From assembly GCA_041640655.1 (NCBI GenBank), contig JBEPZV010000004.1, forward strand, positions 1 through 46,714: a DNA stretch of 46,714 nucleotides. Direction: 5' to 3'. The position numbers and the translations under genes are program-made. Below, piece after piece: positions 9,944-19,048 of this stretch; the first letter of the stretch is position 1, and each line of letters begins with the position of its first letter. Under the pieces are notes generated by a model that had not been told where the DNA came from, ran no database searches, and saw only the letters and a program-made list of their open reading frames with translations. The stretch is from a bacterium (lineage in GTDB: Bacteria; Acidobacteriota; Blastocatellia; HR10).

Positions 9944-11142
9944 GGGGGGGCAGCTTCCCACATGGGACGCGTCATTCTCCCTCTCAAGAGCACGAGCAGA
10001 AGAACGCTCGCACCGTTCATGAGGGCGGCGAATCCGAAGCCCGCCTCGGGTCCATAAGCGCTCCACAGAACTCCCACCAGAAGGCTAGAGAGCAAGTCGC
10101 CGAGCCCGTTGGCCGCGCCGAGCGCTCCGAACCCAGTGCCGCGGACTGCCGACGGCAGCAACTCGGCCGATACGGTGGGCTCCATGGCTTCTATACCACC
10201 CACGGCGAAACCAGCCAGAGCGAAGAGCAGGATCAACGCGAGGACATTCTCCTGGACGAAGGCGAATCCCAGAGCCGTCAGAGCGAAGGCGAGGTAGCTC
10301 ATCCCCAACAGATTCAAGCTCCCCAGGCGCCGCGCCAGCGCCCCCAGGGCGTAAGCGCTCGCTGCCTGCACGCCGTTGAAGAGCACGTAGAGCGCCATCG
10401 CCGTCTCCGGGCTTCCCGTCAGTTCCGTCGCGCGCAGCACCAGAAGCGTCGGTGCGAATTGTCCGAGTCCGAAGACACCGGCGATGAGGAGAAAGAGGAC
10501 GAAAGGACGGGGGAGACGTCGGACGTCCGTGAGCAACGTCCGTTCCGGCTGCGGCGGGCGCTTCGCCTCAGAGACGAAGAGCGCGATGGCGAGGGTGGCG
10601 AGCGTCCCCGGGATGAGGGTGAGGGCGAAGATCTGGCGATAGCTGGCGCCGATTTGAAGCAGGCTGAGGGCGAGAATCGGGGCGACCAGCGCGCCGATGG
10701 TATCCATGGCGCGCTCGAAGCCGAAGGCGTTGCCGTACGCCTCGTGCGGGACCGTGTCGGCCAGCAGGGCATTGCGGGCGGGAGTTCGCCAGCCTCGGGC
10801 CATCCAAGCGAGCGCGCGCCCCAGGAGGATCATCGTCCAATTCGTCGCCAGTGCGAAGCTCGCCGTCGCGAGCGTCGTCACCGCATATCCGGAGACGGCA
10901 ACCGGTTTGCGTCGCCCCAGGCGATCCGTCCACCATCCGCCCACGAGCTTGAAGAAGCTCGCCAATCCGTCGGCGACCCCTTCGATCGCTCCCAGGGCCA
11001 GGGGAGTCGCGTGGATCTCCAGGGCGAGGAAAGCCGGCAGCACCGTCGTCGCCATCTCATGACTGATGTCGGAGAAGAAGCTGGCCAATCCGAGGGCCAG
11101 GACGCCCCGCGTCAACCACCGGGGAGAGGTCGCTGTCCTCAT
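9931..11142 (-). CDS. MFS transporter
   Basis: About 12 hydrophobic segments, SFFSDISHEM, TDRLGRRKP MFS loop motif, AFGFERAMDTIGA. Confidence 0.9.
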   Translation of the reverse strand: MRTATSPRWLTRGVLALGLASFFSDISHEMATTVLPAFLALEIHATPLALGAIEGVADGLASFFKLVGGWWTDRLGRRKPVAVSGYAVTTLATASFALATNWTMILLGRALAWMARGWRTPARNALLADTVPHEAYGNAFGFERAMDTIGALVAPILALSLLQIGASYRQIFALTLIPGTLATLAIALFVSEAKRPPQPERTLLTDVRRLPRPFVLFLLIAGVFGLGQFAPTLLVLRATELTGSPETAMALYVLFNGVQAASAYALGALARRLGSLNLLGMSYLAFALTALGFAFVQENVLALILLFALAGFAVGGIEAMEPTVSAELLPSAVRGTGFGALGAANGLGDLLSSLLVGVLWSAYGPEAGFGFAALMNGASVLLLVLLRGRMTRPMWEAAPPHSP

Positions 11143-11148
11143 AAGGGC

Positions 11149-11715
11149 TCACTCCTTCATGACTCCGGACTGGAGCCAGAGGACGACCGTGATGTATGTG
11201 CGCGCGTGATCCTCGGTCAGTTCCACTCGGCACGTTCGCGAGCCCTTTCGTCCGTCCAGGATCGGCGCGCCTTCAAGTGCCTCTTGCTCGCGCACCGCCC
11301 ATCCTTCTCGCCGCAAGCGCTCGCGATAGAAAGCGAGCACGTGCGGCAGTCCATCTTCGGTCGTGAAGGTCATTGTGAGCTGGGTCGCCGTTTGACGGCC
11401 GACGAGCGCGATCGCTCCCGGATAGATGGGCACGTCTGAGGGGAACTCTTCCGGTGAGGCGGGGGCGGACCGCGCCTCGTCCGATTCGGCTTCGCGCGAA
11501 GGGGAGGGAGGGGCACGCCTCGGCGTGCGGTCCGTCGGCTCCGAACTCGTCGTGGGCGAACGGCGGCACTCCGCTCCCGGGATGAGCAGCAGGAGGAGAA
11601 AGAGGACGCGCGCGAGCCTTGCGGAGAAGAGCAGAAGTCGGGTGCACCGCCCACTGCTTCGACCGTCCGAGGGGACCGAACGCGCATTCCCGCGATTGCA
11701 GACCCGGCGGTTCAG
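11149..11715 (-). CDS. Hypothetical exported/lipoprotein-like protein (start codon uncertain)
   Basis: Hydrophobic VLFLLLLLIPGAEC followed by a Pro/Ser linker and the globular segment FPSDVPIYPGA...AFYRERLRREGW. No in-frame ATG/GTG/TTG outside murQ; a CTG at 11715 overlaps the murQ stop. Confidence 0.6.
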   Translation of the reverse strand: MNRRVCNRGNARSVPSDGRSSGRCTRLLLFSARLARVLFLLLLLIPGAECRRSPTTSSEPTDRTPRRAPPSPSREAESDEARSAPASPEEFPSDVPIYPGAIALVGRQTATQLTMTFTTEDGLPHVLAFYRERLRREGWAVREQEALEGAPILDGRKGSRTCRVELTEDHARTYITVVLWLQSGVMKE

Positions 11716-12617
11716 GCTGGCGAAGTGAGCTTCCGAATCGCGCGTTTGATGGAGAACTCGGCCTCCTCCAAGGCGCGTCGGGCTTGCTCCGGACCAGCGC
11801 CCGCCTTCAACATCACGATGAGCGTTTTCACGTCCCATCCCGTCTCCTCCAGGCGACGGCGAGCTTCCTCCTCCGAGAGAGCGAACTCCTGCACGAGAAT
11901 GGAGATGGCGCGCCGCCGCAGCTTCTCGTTCGTCAGGTGCAAGTTCGACATCAGATTGCCGTACGTGTAGCCGAGCTTGATCATGGCCGCCGTGCTGAGC
12001 ATGTTGAGGACCATCTTCTGCGCCGTTCCCGCCTTCAGACGTGTGGAGCCGGCGATCACCTCCGGCCCGACAATGGGCGCGATCGTGAGATCGGCGACGC
12101 GCGCGACTTCCGGATTCGGGTTGCAGGCGATGGCGATGGTGATGGCGCCCAGCGAGCGCGCGGCCTGCAAGGCGCCAAGCGTGAAGGGCGTGCGTCCGCT
12201 CGCCGTCACGCCCACGACGATATCCCCGGCCCTCACGCCGCGTTCGGCGATGGCGGTGGCCCCGGCCATGGGATCATCTTCGGCGGCCTCGACAGCGCGA
12301 TAGCAGGCCTCATAACCGCCAGCGAGGATCGCTTGAACCTTCTCCGGGGGCACGCCGAAGGTCGGCGGGCACTCGACGGCATCGAGGACGCCCAGACGAC
12401 CGCTCGTGCCTGTCCCGACGTAGAAGAGGCGTCCCCCTCGCCGCAAGCTCTCCACGATCACTTCGACGGCGGCCGCGATGCGCTCCAGCTCGCGCCCGAC
12501 GGCTTCGGCCACGAGCCGATCTTCCTCATTCATGAGCTGCAGGATCTCCAACGTGCTCCGCTCATCAATATCCCGCGTGCGCGGGTTCGCTTGTTCGGTG
12601 ATGAGCTGCTCGGTCAT
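11712..12617 (-). CDS. murQ: N-acetylmuramic acid 6-phosphate etherase
   Basis: TEQANPRT, GTGTSGRLGVLDAVECPPTFG, ASGRTPF, GPEVIAGSTRLKAGTAQKMVLNMLST, NEKLRRRA. Confidence 0.96.
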   Translation of the reverse strand: MTEQLITEQANPRTRDIDERSTLEILQLMNEEDRLVAEAVGRELERIAAAVEVIVESLRRGGRLFYVGTGTSGRLGVLDAVECPPTFGVPPEKVQAILAGGYEACYRAVEAAEDDPMAGATAIAERGVRAGDIVVGVTASGRTPFTLGALQAARSLGAITIAIACNPNPEVARVADLTIAPIVGPEVIAGSTRLKAGTAQKMVLNMLSTAAMIKLGYTYGNLMSNLHLTNEKLRRRAISILVQEFALSEEEARRRLEETGWDVKTLIVMLKAGAGPEQARRALEEAEFSIKRAIRKLTSPA

Positions 12618-12654
12618 GACCAGCCCTCCTCCTCAGTCCCCCGCGCCGCTCTCT

Positions 12655-14211
12655 TCACCATCGCGGGCGGGGGCCAGCGACGCCGAGCGCCATCACGAAG
12701 ATGGCACTTTTCCCCTCAGCGTGAGGCGAGAAGAACTCCGTCACCTCGTCATCGTAGAAAGTCAAACCCGTGGCGCCGCGCCGCAAAGCATACGCGGCGA
12801 GGTAGAACTTCCCGCCGATGATGCCGGCTTCCAGTTGCGCGAGCCGGTACCCGCGATTCCCGTAGTGTGTGAGGATCGTCTGAAGATCCGCCAGGAAAAA
12901 GACCGTCGCGCTCGCGTCGCCGCCCAGGTCTTGCTCCAGGCAGAGGTAGCGGGAATCGCGGCGGAAATCGCCCGATTTGAGCAGCTCCAGCGCGCGTCGG
13001 TCGCGATGGACGACGTAGGCGCCGGGAGCGAGTGGGGGCACGGCGTGCGCGTTCACGTAAAGATCGTTGAGTTGACCATCGAGGGCGTCGCAGGGGAATC
13101 CTCTCGTCCCATACTCCAAGATCGTGGAGAGCTCGGAGAAAGAGATCGGCTTGCGCGCGAACCGTCGCGTGGACGCGCGGCGCCGAATGACGGACTCCAC
13201 GGGCTCATCGGGCAGCGCGGAGGGGGGAGTGGGATCGAGGGGGATGAGCGAGGCCCTCGGCTCCGATTCTCGCCGCACGAACGCGCGCGCGCGCCAGGCC
13301 TCGACCTCGGCCGCGCTTCGGAGTCGCGAGGCCGCGTGCATCTCCTGAATCAGGGGGTACGGGACCTCCTCGCGCGAGAGAGGGACGACCGCCCAGGTCA
13401 CTTCCGGGAGTTCCGGGGTCTCCTGCGGGATCGGAAGGGGGTGAGCCGTCTGCCCGAGAGCCAAAAGCGCCAAGCTCATCTCGCGCTCGCCATCCACGCC
13501 CACGAGATGATTGACCAAGTCATCTTGGAAGCCGAGGATGACCTTGTGCGGCAATCGCCACGCGGTGGCCGCCGCCAGCGCATTGGCCAGGATCATCCCG
13601 CAGTCCCAGAAGTGGTACCGATAAGCGCGGGCGCGATACTTCCACGCGCTTCGCCACGAGATGGCCGTGTAGACGAGGACCAGAGGCGCCCACCGCAACG
13701 AGGGTTCGTATGCCGCGGCAGCGGCGAGAACGGGTCGGTGATCGCCCACGCGCAGGCAACGCAGTCCGAAGTCCGCCGGGCTGAAGTGATAGACGCCGGC
13801 CGGGAGATCGGGCAAGTCCGCGCAGACGACATAGACCTCGATGGGATAAAGCGCTCCGGCGCACGCGGCCGCGCGGAAGAAGAAGTCGCCGCCGGGATAC
13901 GTCTTCTTCTTCGTGATCCCCGCTGAGTAGAAGAGAATGTGCGCGAGCATCGCCAGGGTCGGATGCGCCGGGATCGGATTCGCCAGAGAACCCGGTGCGG
14001 GCACGCGCTCGCCGAGCGCCTGGAAGGTGGAGACACCCGTCTCCGGCACCTCGCGCGGCAAGGGCATCACCTCCAGCTCCGGGTAGATCTTGAACGGAAG
14101 CGGTTGATTCTCCCAATCCAGGACGTGCGCGCTCGTGCGCACGCTCCAGTAGGAGTGTTTCGTCGCCTCGTGATATTTCCAGGCGATCGCCGTGTCTCGA
14201 TTCTCGGTCAT
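12655..14211 (-). CDS. SagB/ThcOx-type FMN dehydrogenase with two nitroreductase-like domains
   Basis: YHEATKHS, RAAACAGALYPIEVY, WKYRARAYRY, second domain RRRASTRRF...YRLAQLEAGIIG...GATGLTFYDD. Confidence 0.85.
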   Translation of the reverse strand: MTENRDTAIAWKYHEATKHSYWSVRTSAHVLDWENQPLPFKIYPELEVMPLPREVPETGVSTFQALGERVPAPGSLANPIPAHPTLAMLAHILFYSAGITKKKTYPGGDFFFRAAACAGALYPIEVYVVCADLPDLPAGVYHFSPADFGLRCLRVGDHRPVLAAAAAYEPSLRWAPLVLVYTAISWRSAWKYRARAYRYHFWDCGMILANALAAATAWRLPHKVILGFQDDLVNHLVGVDGEREMSLALLALGQTAHPLPIPQETPELPEVTWAVVPLSREEVPYPLIQEMHAASRLRSAAEVEAWRARAFVRRESEPRASLIPLDPTPPSALPDEPVESVIRRRASTRRFARKPISFSELSTILEYGTRGFPCDALDGQLNDLYVNAHAVPPLAPGAYVVHRDRRALELLKSGDFRRDSRYLCLEQDLGGDASATVFFLADLQTILTHYGNRGYRLAQLEAGIIGGKFYLAAYALRRGATGLTFYDDEVTEFFSPHAEGKSAIFVMALGVAGPRPRW

Positions 14212-14235
14212 GATCCTTCCCTCCTTGGCGCAGTT

Positions 14236-15255
14236 TCACTCTGGGGAGCGCCTGATGCGGATCGTCCCGTTGAGAGCGCTCAGGCGAATCATCGCCTCGC
14301 CGTGACCGAGTCGTCCCTCCGCGCGTCGTCCCGTGAATCGGCCTTCCGAGAACGTCAATCCCAGTGCATCATCGGCCTCGATCTCCCCGTGGAGCGTTTC
14401 CGCCTCAAGGCGGGCATCGCAAGTTTCCGGCAGGGTCACCGAGATCCGACCATTGACGGAGCGGAGCGTGGTGTCCCGATCGCTCGCGCATTGGGTGAAG
14501 GCGACCTCGATCCTCCCATTCACCGTCTCCGCCTGCACGGCTCCGGCGATCCCCTCAGCTTCGATCCGTCCATTGACGACCTGCACCCGCACGACGCCCT
14601 CGATGTCTCGGATATGGACGCGCCCATTGACGATGCGCATGTTTGAGAGATTCACGCGACGCGGGAGCGTGAGCTCATAATCCACGGCGGCATCCGAGCC
14701 CTCCGGGTGGAGGGTTTGAATGGAGAGCGCATTTCTCTCTCGGGTGACTTCGATACGGACGTCGGCGAGATCGCGATCCGCACCCCCTCGCTTGCGCGCA
14801 ACGATCGCAGCTTCTTCCTCCGCCCACGTCGTGACGGTCACGTTCCCGTTCGTATTCACGAGGGTGACCTCGCTTCCGAAGGGCAGGGCCAGGCGTCGGG
14901 AGAATTCGGCACCTTGACGCGCCGGCAGGCGCGCGGGGTTCCAATATCGCGCGACTTCGTGCCAGAAGAAGAGGCCCGCACTGCTGAGGGTTCCGAGCGC
15001 GAGCGCGCCGATGAGCACAAGGGCCAGCAGTCGAAATCGGCGTCTGGGAGGGGGGTGGGCTTCCGGACCGGGCTCCGGTGGAAGATACGCAGGTGCCGTC
15101 TCGCGCGATTCCAGAAGTTGGGTTTCTGGCTCCTCTTCCATCTCCCGCGCCGTGGGAGATGCGGGCGCCGAAGCGATCTCCAGGGGCGCCCCGCAATAGC
15201 GACAGAAGCGCCAATCAGCGCCTACGGCAGAGCGACACTGTGCGCAGATTCGCAT
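14236..15255 (-). CDS. Zinc-ribbon, TM and DUF4097-like (adhesin) beta-repeat membrane protein
   Basis: N-terminal CAQC...FCRYCG, one TM helix, repeated T/V-V-N-G-R-I units. Confidence 0.8.
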   Translation of the reverse strand: MRICAQCRSAVGADWRFCRYCGAPLEIASAPASPTAREMEEEPETQLLESRETAPAYLPPEPGPEAHPPPRRRFRLLALVLIGALALGTLSSAGLFFWHEVARYWNPARLPARQGAEFSRRLALPFGSEVTLVNTNGNVTVTTWAEEEAAIVARKRGGADRDLADVRIEVTRERNALSIQTLHPEGSDAAVDYELTLPRRVNLSNMRIVNGRVHIRDIEGVVRVQVVNGRIEAEGIAGAVQAETVNGRIEVAFTQCASDRDTTLRSVNGRISVTLPETCDARLEAETLHGEIEADDALGLTFSEGRFTGRRAEGRLGHGEAMIRLSALNGTIRIRRSPE

Positions 15256-15300
15256 ACGCGTCCCCCCGTGCGTCGAATATCTTGTCTCACTGCATCCTCA

Positions 15301-15352
15301 TGAGGCCGAGCGCCTCCTGCTCTGCGCGGGGGAGAGGCCGCTCGGAGCCTCA
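15301..15352. terminator. GC-rich stem-loop just downstream of the polymerase gene
   Basis: TGAGGC/GCCTCA, CCGAGCG/CGCTCGG and CCTC/GAGG pairings. No U-tract, so it is a terminator or a stability element. Confidence 0.4.
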
Positions 15353-15364
15353 CGTCGAGCCCCT

Positions 15365-17134
15365 TCATTTCGTCCACGCTTCGGAGATCACGACCTCGAC
15401 CTCGATCGGCACCGTCTTGATGAATTCACGGCCGGCAGCGATCATGCGCTCGCGCACCAGCTCGGCGACCTCCGGCGCGTGATCTTCGGCGACCTCGACG
15501 ACGATCTCATCATGGATCGAGTTGACGATCTGCGCCTCGTACGGGCGAAGGGCGTCATAGACCAGGCGCATCGCGCGCTTGAGGATATCGGCGCCCGTGC
15601 CCTGGATGGGGAAGTTCTTCCCCAATCGTTGGATCGCTGCCACCTGCTCGCGATCCGAAGGATCGAACTGGAACCGCCAGAGTCGTCCCGACTGCGAGCG
15701 GCTGTGCCGGACGGAGACAGCCGTGTCGCCGGCCGCGCGCAGCCACTCGCCCACTCTCCGATAGATCTCGAAGTAGCTGGCGATCAAGGCCTCGGCCTCA
15801 GCCAGCGAGATGTCGGTCCGTTCGCGAACCTCGGCGATTCGCGCGGCCAGGCTCGCCGCGCCCATGCCGTACATCAGACCGAAGTTGATCGTCTTGGCAA
15901 TGGCGCGCTGTTCTTTGGTCACCGCCTCGGGCGGGACTTTGAACATCCAGCTCGCCGTCATCCGATGCAGGTCCAGGCCGTTCAAGAAAGCTTCGAGCAT
16001 CTTCGGATCCTGCGAGAATTCCGCGAGGATGCGCAGCTCGATCTGCGAATAATCGGCCACGATCAACCGCCGACCCGCGGGCGCGCGAAAACACGCTCGG
16101 ATCTCCGGGAGATTCGGGACCTGTTGAATGTTCGGATCGCTGCAGCTATAGCGCCCCGTCGGCGTGCCGATCTGATGGAAATCACCGTGCAGCCGTCCCG
16201 TCACCGGATGCCGATGTTCGAGGAAGCCGCGTCCGAAGGTGCTGAGCAGTTTCTGCACGCTGCGATACTCAAGCAGCAGGCGAACGACGGGATGGTCCCG
16301 ATACGGCAGCAGATCCAACTCGCTCGTCCCCTCCACGGTGAGGCCGAGCCGGCGCAATCCGGTTAAGACCTGATGCGGGCTATTCAGGTTGATCGCGATC
16401 TCGGCGCGACCGAACAGGTCCATCTGCGTCGCGACCGGCGCCAGTTCGCTCTGCAAGGCTTCTTCCAAGTGAGCCCGCCGCCGTTCCCACATCTCCACCA
16501 GGGCGCGCCAGCGCTCGACGTCGAAGGGCATTCCGGCCAGCTCCATCGCGGCCGTCGGGAGCACGCACTCGAATTCGAGCTTCGCGGCGCGGATGAGCCC
16601 AAGCTCCTTGAGCTGCTGAATGAGCGCCTGCCGCAGCGGCAGCAAGATCGCGACATCGCGGGCCGCGTATTCGAGCTGCCCGCGCGACAGCTCCCCACTC
16701 CAATCGCTCAATTGTGGGGCTTTCTCCACCCGCTCGCGCAGATACCGCTGGGCGACGTCCGCGAGCCCATGCCGTTTCGTCATATCTCCAGCCGCCACAA
16801 GCTGTGAAGCGAGCATCGTGTCGAAGACACGGCCCAGCTCAATGCCCGCGTGATGCCGCAGCATCTTCGCATCGAACTTCGCATTGTGCAAGACCTTGAC
16901 CGGGTGTTCGCCCTCCAGGACCGGGCGCAGAACCTCCAGCGCCTGCGGCCCCAGCGCGAAGAGGTCTAACACGAAGACGTCCTCCGGCGTCGCGATCTGA
17001 AGCAGACGAATGCGCCCCTGATACGGATCCAGCGCCGTCGTCTCCGTATCCACGCCGAGCACGGGTTCCGCGAGCAATCGCGATCGGAGCGCCTCCAGCT
17101 CGGCCGTCTGCGTGATCATCCGATAGGTGCCCAT
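15365..17134 (-). CDS. Family A DNA polymerase with 3'-5' exonuclease, lacking the 5'-3' nuclease domain (Klenow-like)
   Basis: ExoI GVDTETT, ExoII HNAKFD, ExoIII YAARDV; Pol motif A ADYSQIELR, motif B RAIAKTINFGLMYG, motif C IHDEI. 589 aa, beginning directly with the exonuclease domain. Confidence 0.92.
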   Translation of the reverse strand: MGTYRMITQTAELEALRSRLLAEPVLGVDTETTALDPYQGRIRLLQIATPEDVFVLDLFALGPQALEVLRPVLEGEHPVKVLHNAKFDAKMLRHHAGIELGRVFDTMLASQLVAAGDMTKRHGLADVAQRYLRERVEKAPQLSDWSGELSRGQLEYAARDVAILLPLRQALIQQLKELGLIRAAKLEFECVLPTAAMELAGMPFDVERWRALVEMWERRRAHLEEALQSELAPVATQMDLFGRAEIAINLNSPHQVLTGLRRLGLTVEGTSELDLLPYRDHPVVRLLLEYRSVQKLLSTFGRGFLEHRHPVTGRLHGDFHQIGTPTGRYSCSDPNIQQVPNLPEIRACFRAPAGRRLIVADYSQIELRILAEFSQDPKMLEAFLNGLDLHRMTASWMFKVPPEAVTKEQRAIAKTINFGLMYGMGAASLAARIAEVRERTDISLAEAEALIASYFEIYRRVGEWLRAAGDTAVSVRHSRSQSGRLWRFQFDPSDREQVAAIQRLGKNFPIQGTGADILKRAMRLVYDALRPYEAQIVNSIHDEIVVEVAEDHAPEVAELVRERMIAAGREFIKTVPIEVEVVISEAWTK

Positions 17135-17347
17135 GTCTCCCCGTGTATTCCCTCAATCTCCGCCAGGGCCTTCATGCGCGCTTCCCACAGGGCACGTCCT
17201 CGCCGATCATTGAGCGGCAATGCCCCAGCTCACGATTTCTCTCCAAGCATACCCCTTTGTCGGACGCTCCGCAAACGGTCGTGGGAGTGAGCGCGCCCCC
17301 GACCCCCATCCGAGATTTTCCGGGAGCAAAATCCGCCATCGGCCCGA

Positions 17348-17376
17348 TTGAGCGAGAAGAGGGGGACGCGTACAAT
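17348..17376 (+). promoter_or_regulatory. sigma70-type promoter upstream of the metallopeptidase, giving a ~200-nt leader
   Basis: TTGAGC (17348-17353), 17-nt spacer, TACAAT (17371-17376). Confidence 0.6.
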
Positions 17377-17580
17377 AAGGGCGTCGTCATGGGAGGAATG
17401 GGGCATTCGGTTCTGGTTCGAAGAGCGCGGGTGAGCCGCTCCGTGTCGGTGAACGGGCTCACGCGGATGCTGTGACGTGTCGCGCGCGGGAGTATCATCG
17501 TCGGGCACCTGAGGAGAGCACGTGCGCGAGCGCGAACTCATCTGGAGAACCTCCCTTGATCGCGCCTTGAGGGGGAGGGC

Positions 17581-18936
17581 ATGCCGTTCGGACGACGTTC
17601 GTCTCGCCACGGCGCGCGTGGGAGAAGGTGGGGATCCGCCCTCGCCCTTGGCCTCATCCTGCTGAGGGGGGGCGATGCGCGGTGGGCTGACCCTGGTGCG
17701 GCGATGGGTGAGGAGCGCGCGTCATGGGGAAGGCAGGCGCAGGAGCGCGAGATCGAAGGGGAATTGGAGGTCCTCATAGAGGAACGGTTCGGTCGGGCTC
17801 ATCTGCAGTATGTCCTGCGCCGCGGTCTGCAGCGCTTCCGACTCCAGGGGGAGGCCTCTGCGCTGCTCTCCGCGCGGACGGGGATGCGAGTTCGCGTACG
17901 CGGAGTTCGCCGGGGCGCGGACATCATCGTCTCCCGGGCCACGCTTGAGGAGCCTCCGGAAGCTCAGGACGCTCGTTCAAGCGAGGTTTTGATCGAGCGT
18001 CGTGTCGCACTGCTTCTACTGAATTTCTCCGATCGAGCGGTGCGACCATACTCCGTGGAGGGGGCGCGCCAGGTCCTGGCGACGGCGGGCGAGTTCTTCC
18101 GAGAGAATTCGTACGGGCGCCTATCGCTCGTCGGAGACGTCTTCGGCTGGTTCACGCTCGGCATGAGCGCGGCCATCTGCAATCCGTTTCGTCTCGCCGA
18201 GGAAGCCCACGCGACCGTGGCGACATCAGGTCTGGACCTCTCGGAGTACGGGCATCTCGTCTACGTGTTCCCTCAAAACGCATGTCCGTGGTGGGGATTG
18301 GCGACAATTGGAGGTACGCCCGCTGCGGCGTGGATCAACGGGAGACTCACCTTCGATGTCCTCGCTCATGAATTCGGGCACGGCCTTGGTCTCTCGCATT
18401 CGCATGCTTTGGAGTGCGGATGGGTCGCGCTCGGGACGGAGTGTCAGGTCCTGGAATACGGCGACACGCTGGATGTCATGGGGATGGCCGCAGGACATCT
18501 GAGCGCTTTTCACAAGGAGCAGCTTGGGTGGTTGGGCGAGGAAGACGTCAGTCTCCTCCCGGTGGTCGCGGACGGGGCGTTTCGGCTCGCCCCCTATCAG
18601 AGGGTCGGAGATGGTCCGAGAGCGCTCAAGATCCTCAGAAGTCAGGAGGCCGGACGCGCCACATGGTATTATGTCGAATACCGCGTGCCCTTCGGTTTCG
18701 ACCGCTTCCTGTCGCGAAACCTCAACGTCCCGCGGGGCGTCATCGTCCGCTTAGGGGGCTGGGATGAGCAGGGGGGGAGCTTCCTGCTCGATATGACTCC
18801 AGAAACGGCGTCTTGGTTCGATCCGGCTCTGACCGTCGGACGGACGTTCGTGGACCCTCAAACCGGTTTGACGATCTTTGTGCGCGAGGTCACAGACGGG
18901 GGGGCCGTCCTCGTGATCACAGGAATCGCTCGCTGA
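17581..18936 (+). CDS. Secreted metzincin Zn-metallopeptidase (gametolysin M11/M6-like)
   Basis: Signal-like N-terminus, FFRENSYG, AHEFGHGLGLSHS (HExxHxxGxxH), EYGDTLDVMG Met-turn, KEQLGWL, YYVEYR. Confidence 0.82.
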   Translation: MPFGRRSSRHGARGRRWGSALALGLILLRGGDARWADPGAAMGEERASWGRQAQEREIEGELEVLIEERFGRAHLQYVLRRGLQRFRLQGEASALLSARTGMRVRVRGVRRGADIIVSRATLEEPPEAQDARSSEVLIERRVALLLLNFSDRAVRPYSVEGARQVLATAGEFFRENSYGRLSLVGDVFGWFTLGMSAAICNPFRLAEEAHATVATSGLDLSEYGHLVYVFPQNACPWWGLATIGGTPAAAWINGRLTFDVLAHEFGHGLGLSHSHALECGWVALGTECQVLEYGDTLDVMGMAAGHLSAFHKEQLGWLGEEDVSLLPVVADGAFRLAPYQRVGDGPRALKILRSQEAGRATWYYVEYRVPFGFDRFLSRNLNVPRGVIVRLGGWDEQGGSFLLDMTPETASWFDPALTVGRTFVDPQTGLTIFVREVTDGGAVLVITGIAR

Positions 18937-18999
18937 GATCGGCCTTCTTCGCGCGATGAAATCCGATCCTCAAGCTTCGAAAATACTCCCCTCGACCGA

Positions 19000-19027
19000 T
19001 TGCGAGGAAGCCCCAAGGTGCTAAGCT
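19000..19027 (+). promoter_or_regulatory. Extended -10 promoter for the TadG-like pair
   Basis: TTGCGA (19000-19005), 16-nt spacer, TG-C-TAAGCT (-10 at 19022-19027). GGAGG SD before ATG 19049. Confidence 0.5.
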
Positions 19028-19048
19028 AGCTCCGGGAGGGATAGGCCT

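Noticed and set aside
15365..17134. Polymerase as a prophage marker
   Set aside because: No helicase, primase, structural or integrase genes nearby; the flanks are cellular genes.
17510..17550. Glycine-riboswitch-like words TGAGGAGAG...ACTCA-TCTGGAGA
   Set aside because: The conserved CCGAAG and CTYTCAGG elements are absent, and the downstream gene is not glycine related.
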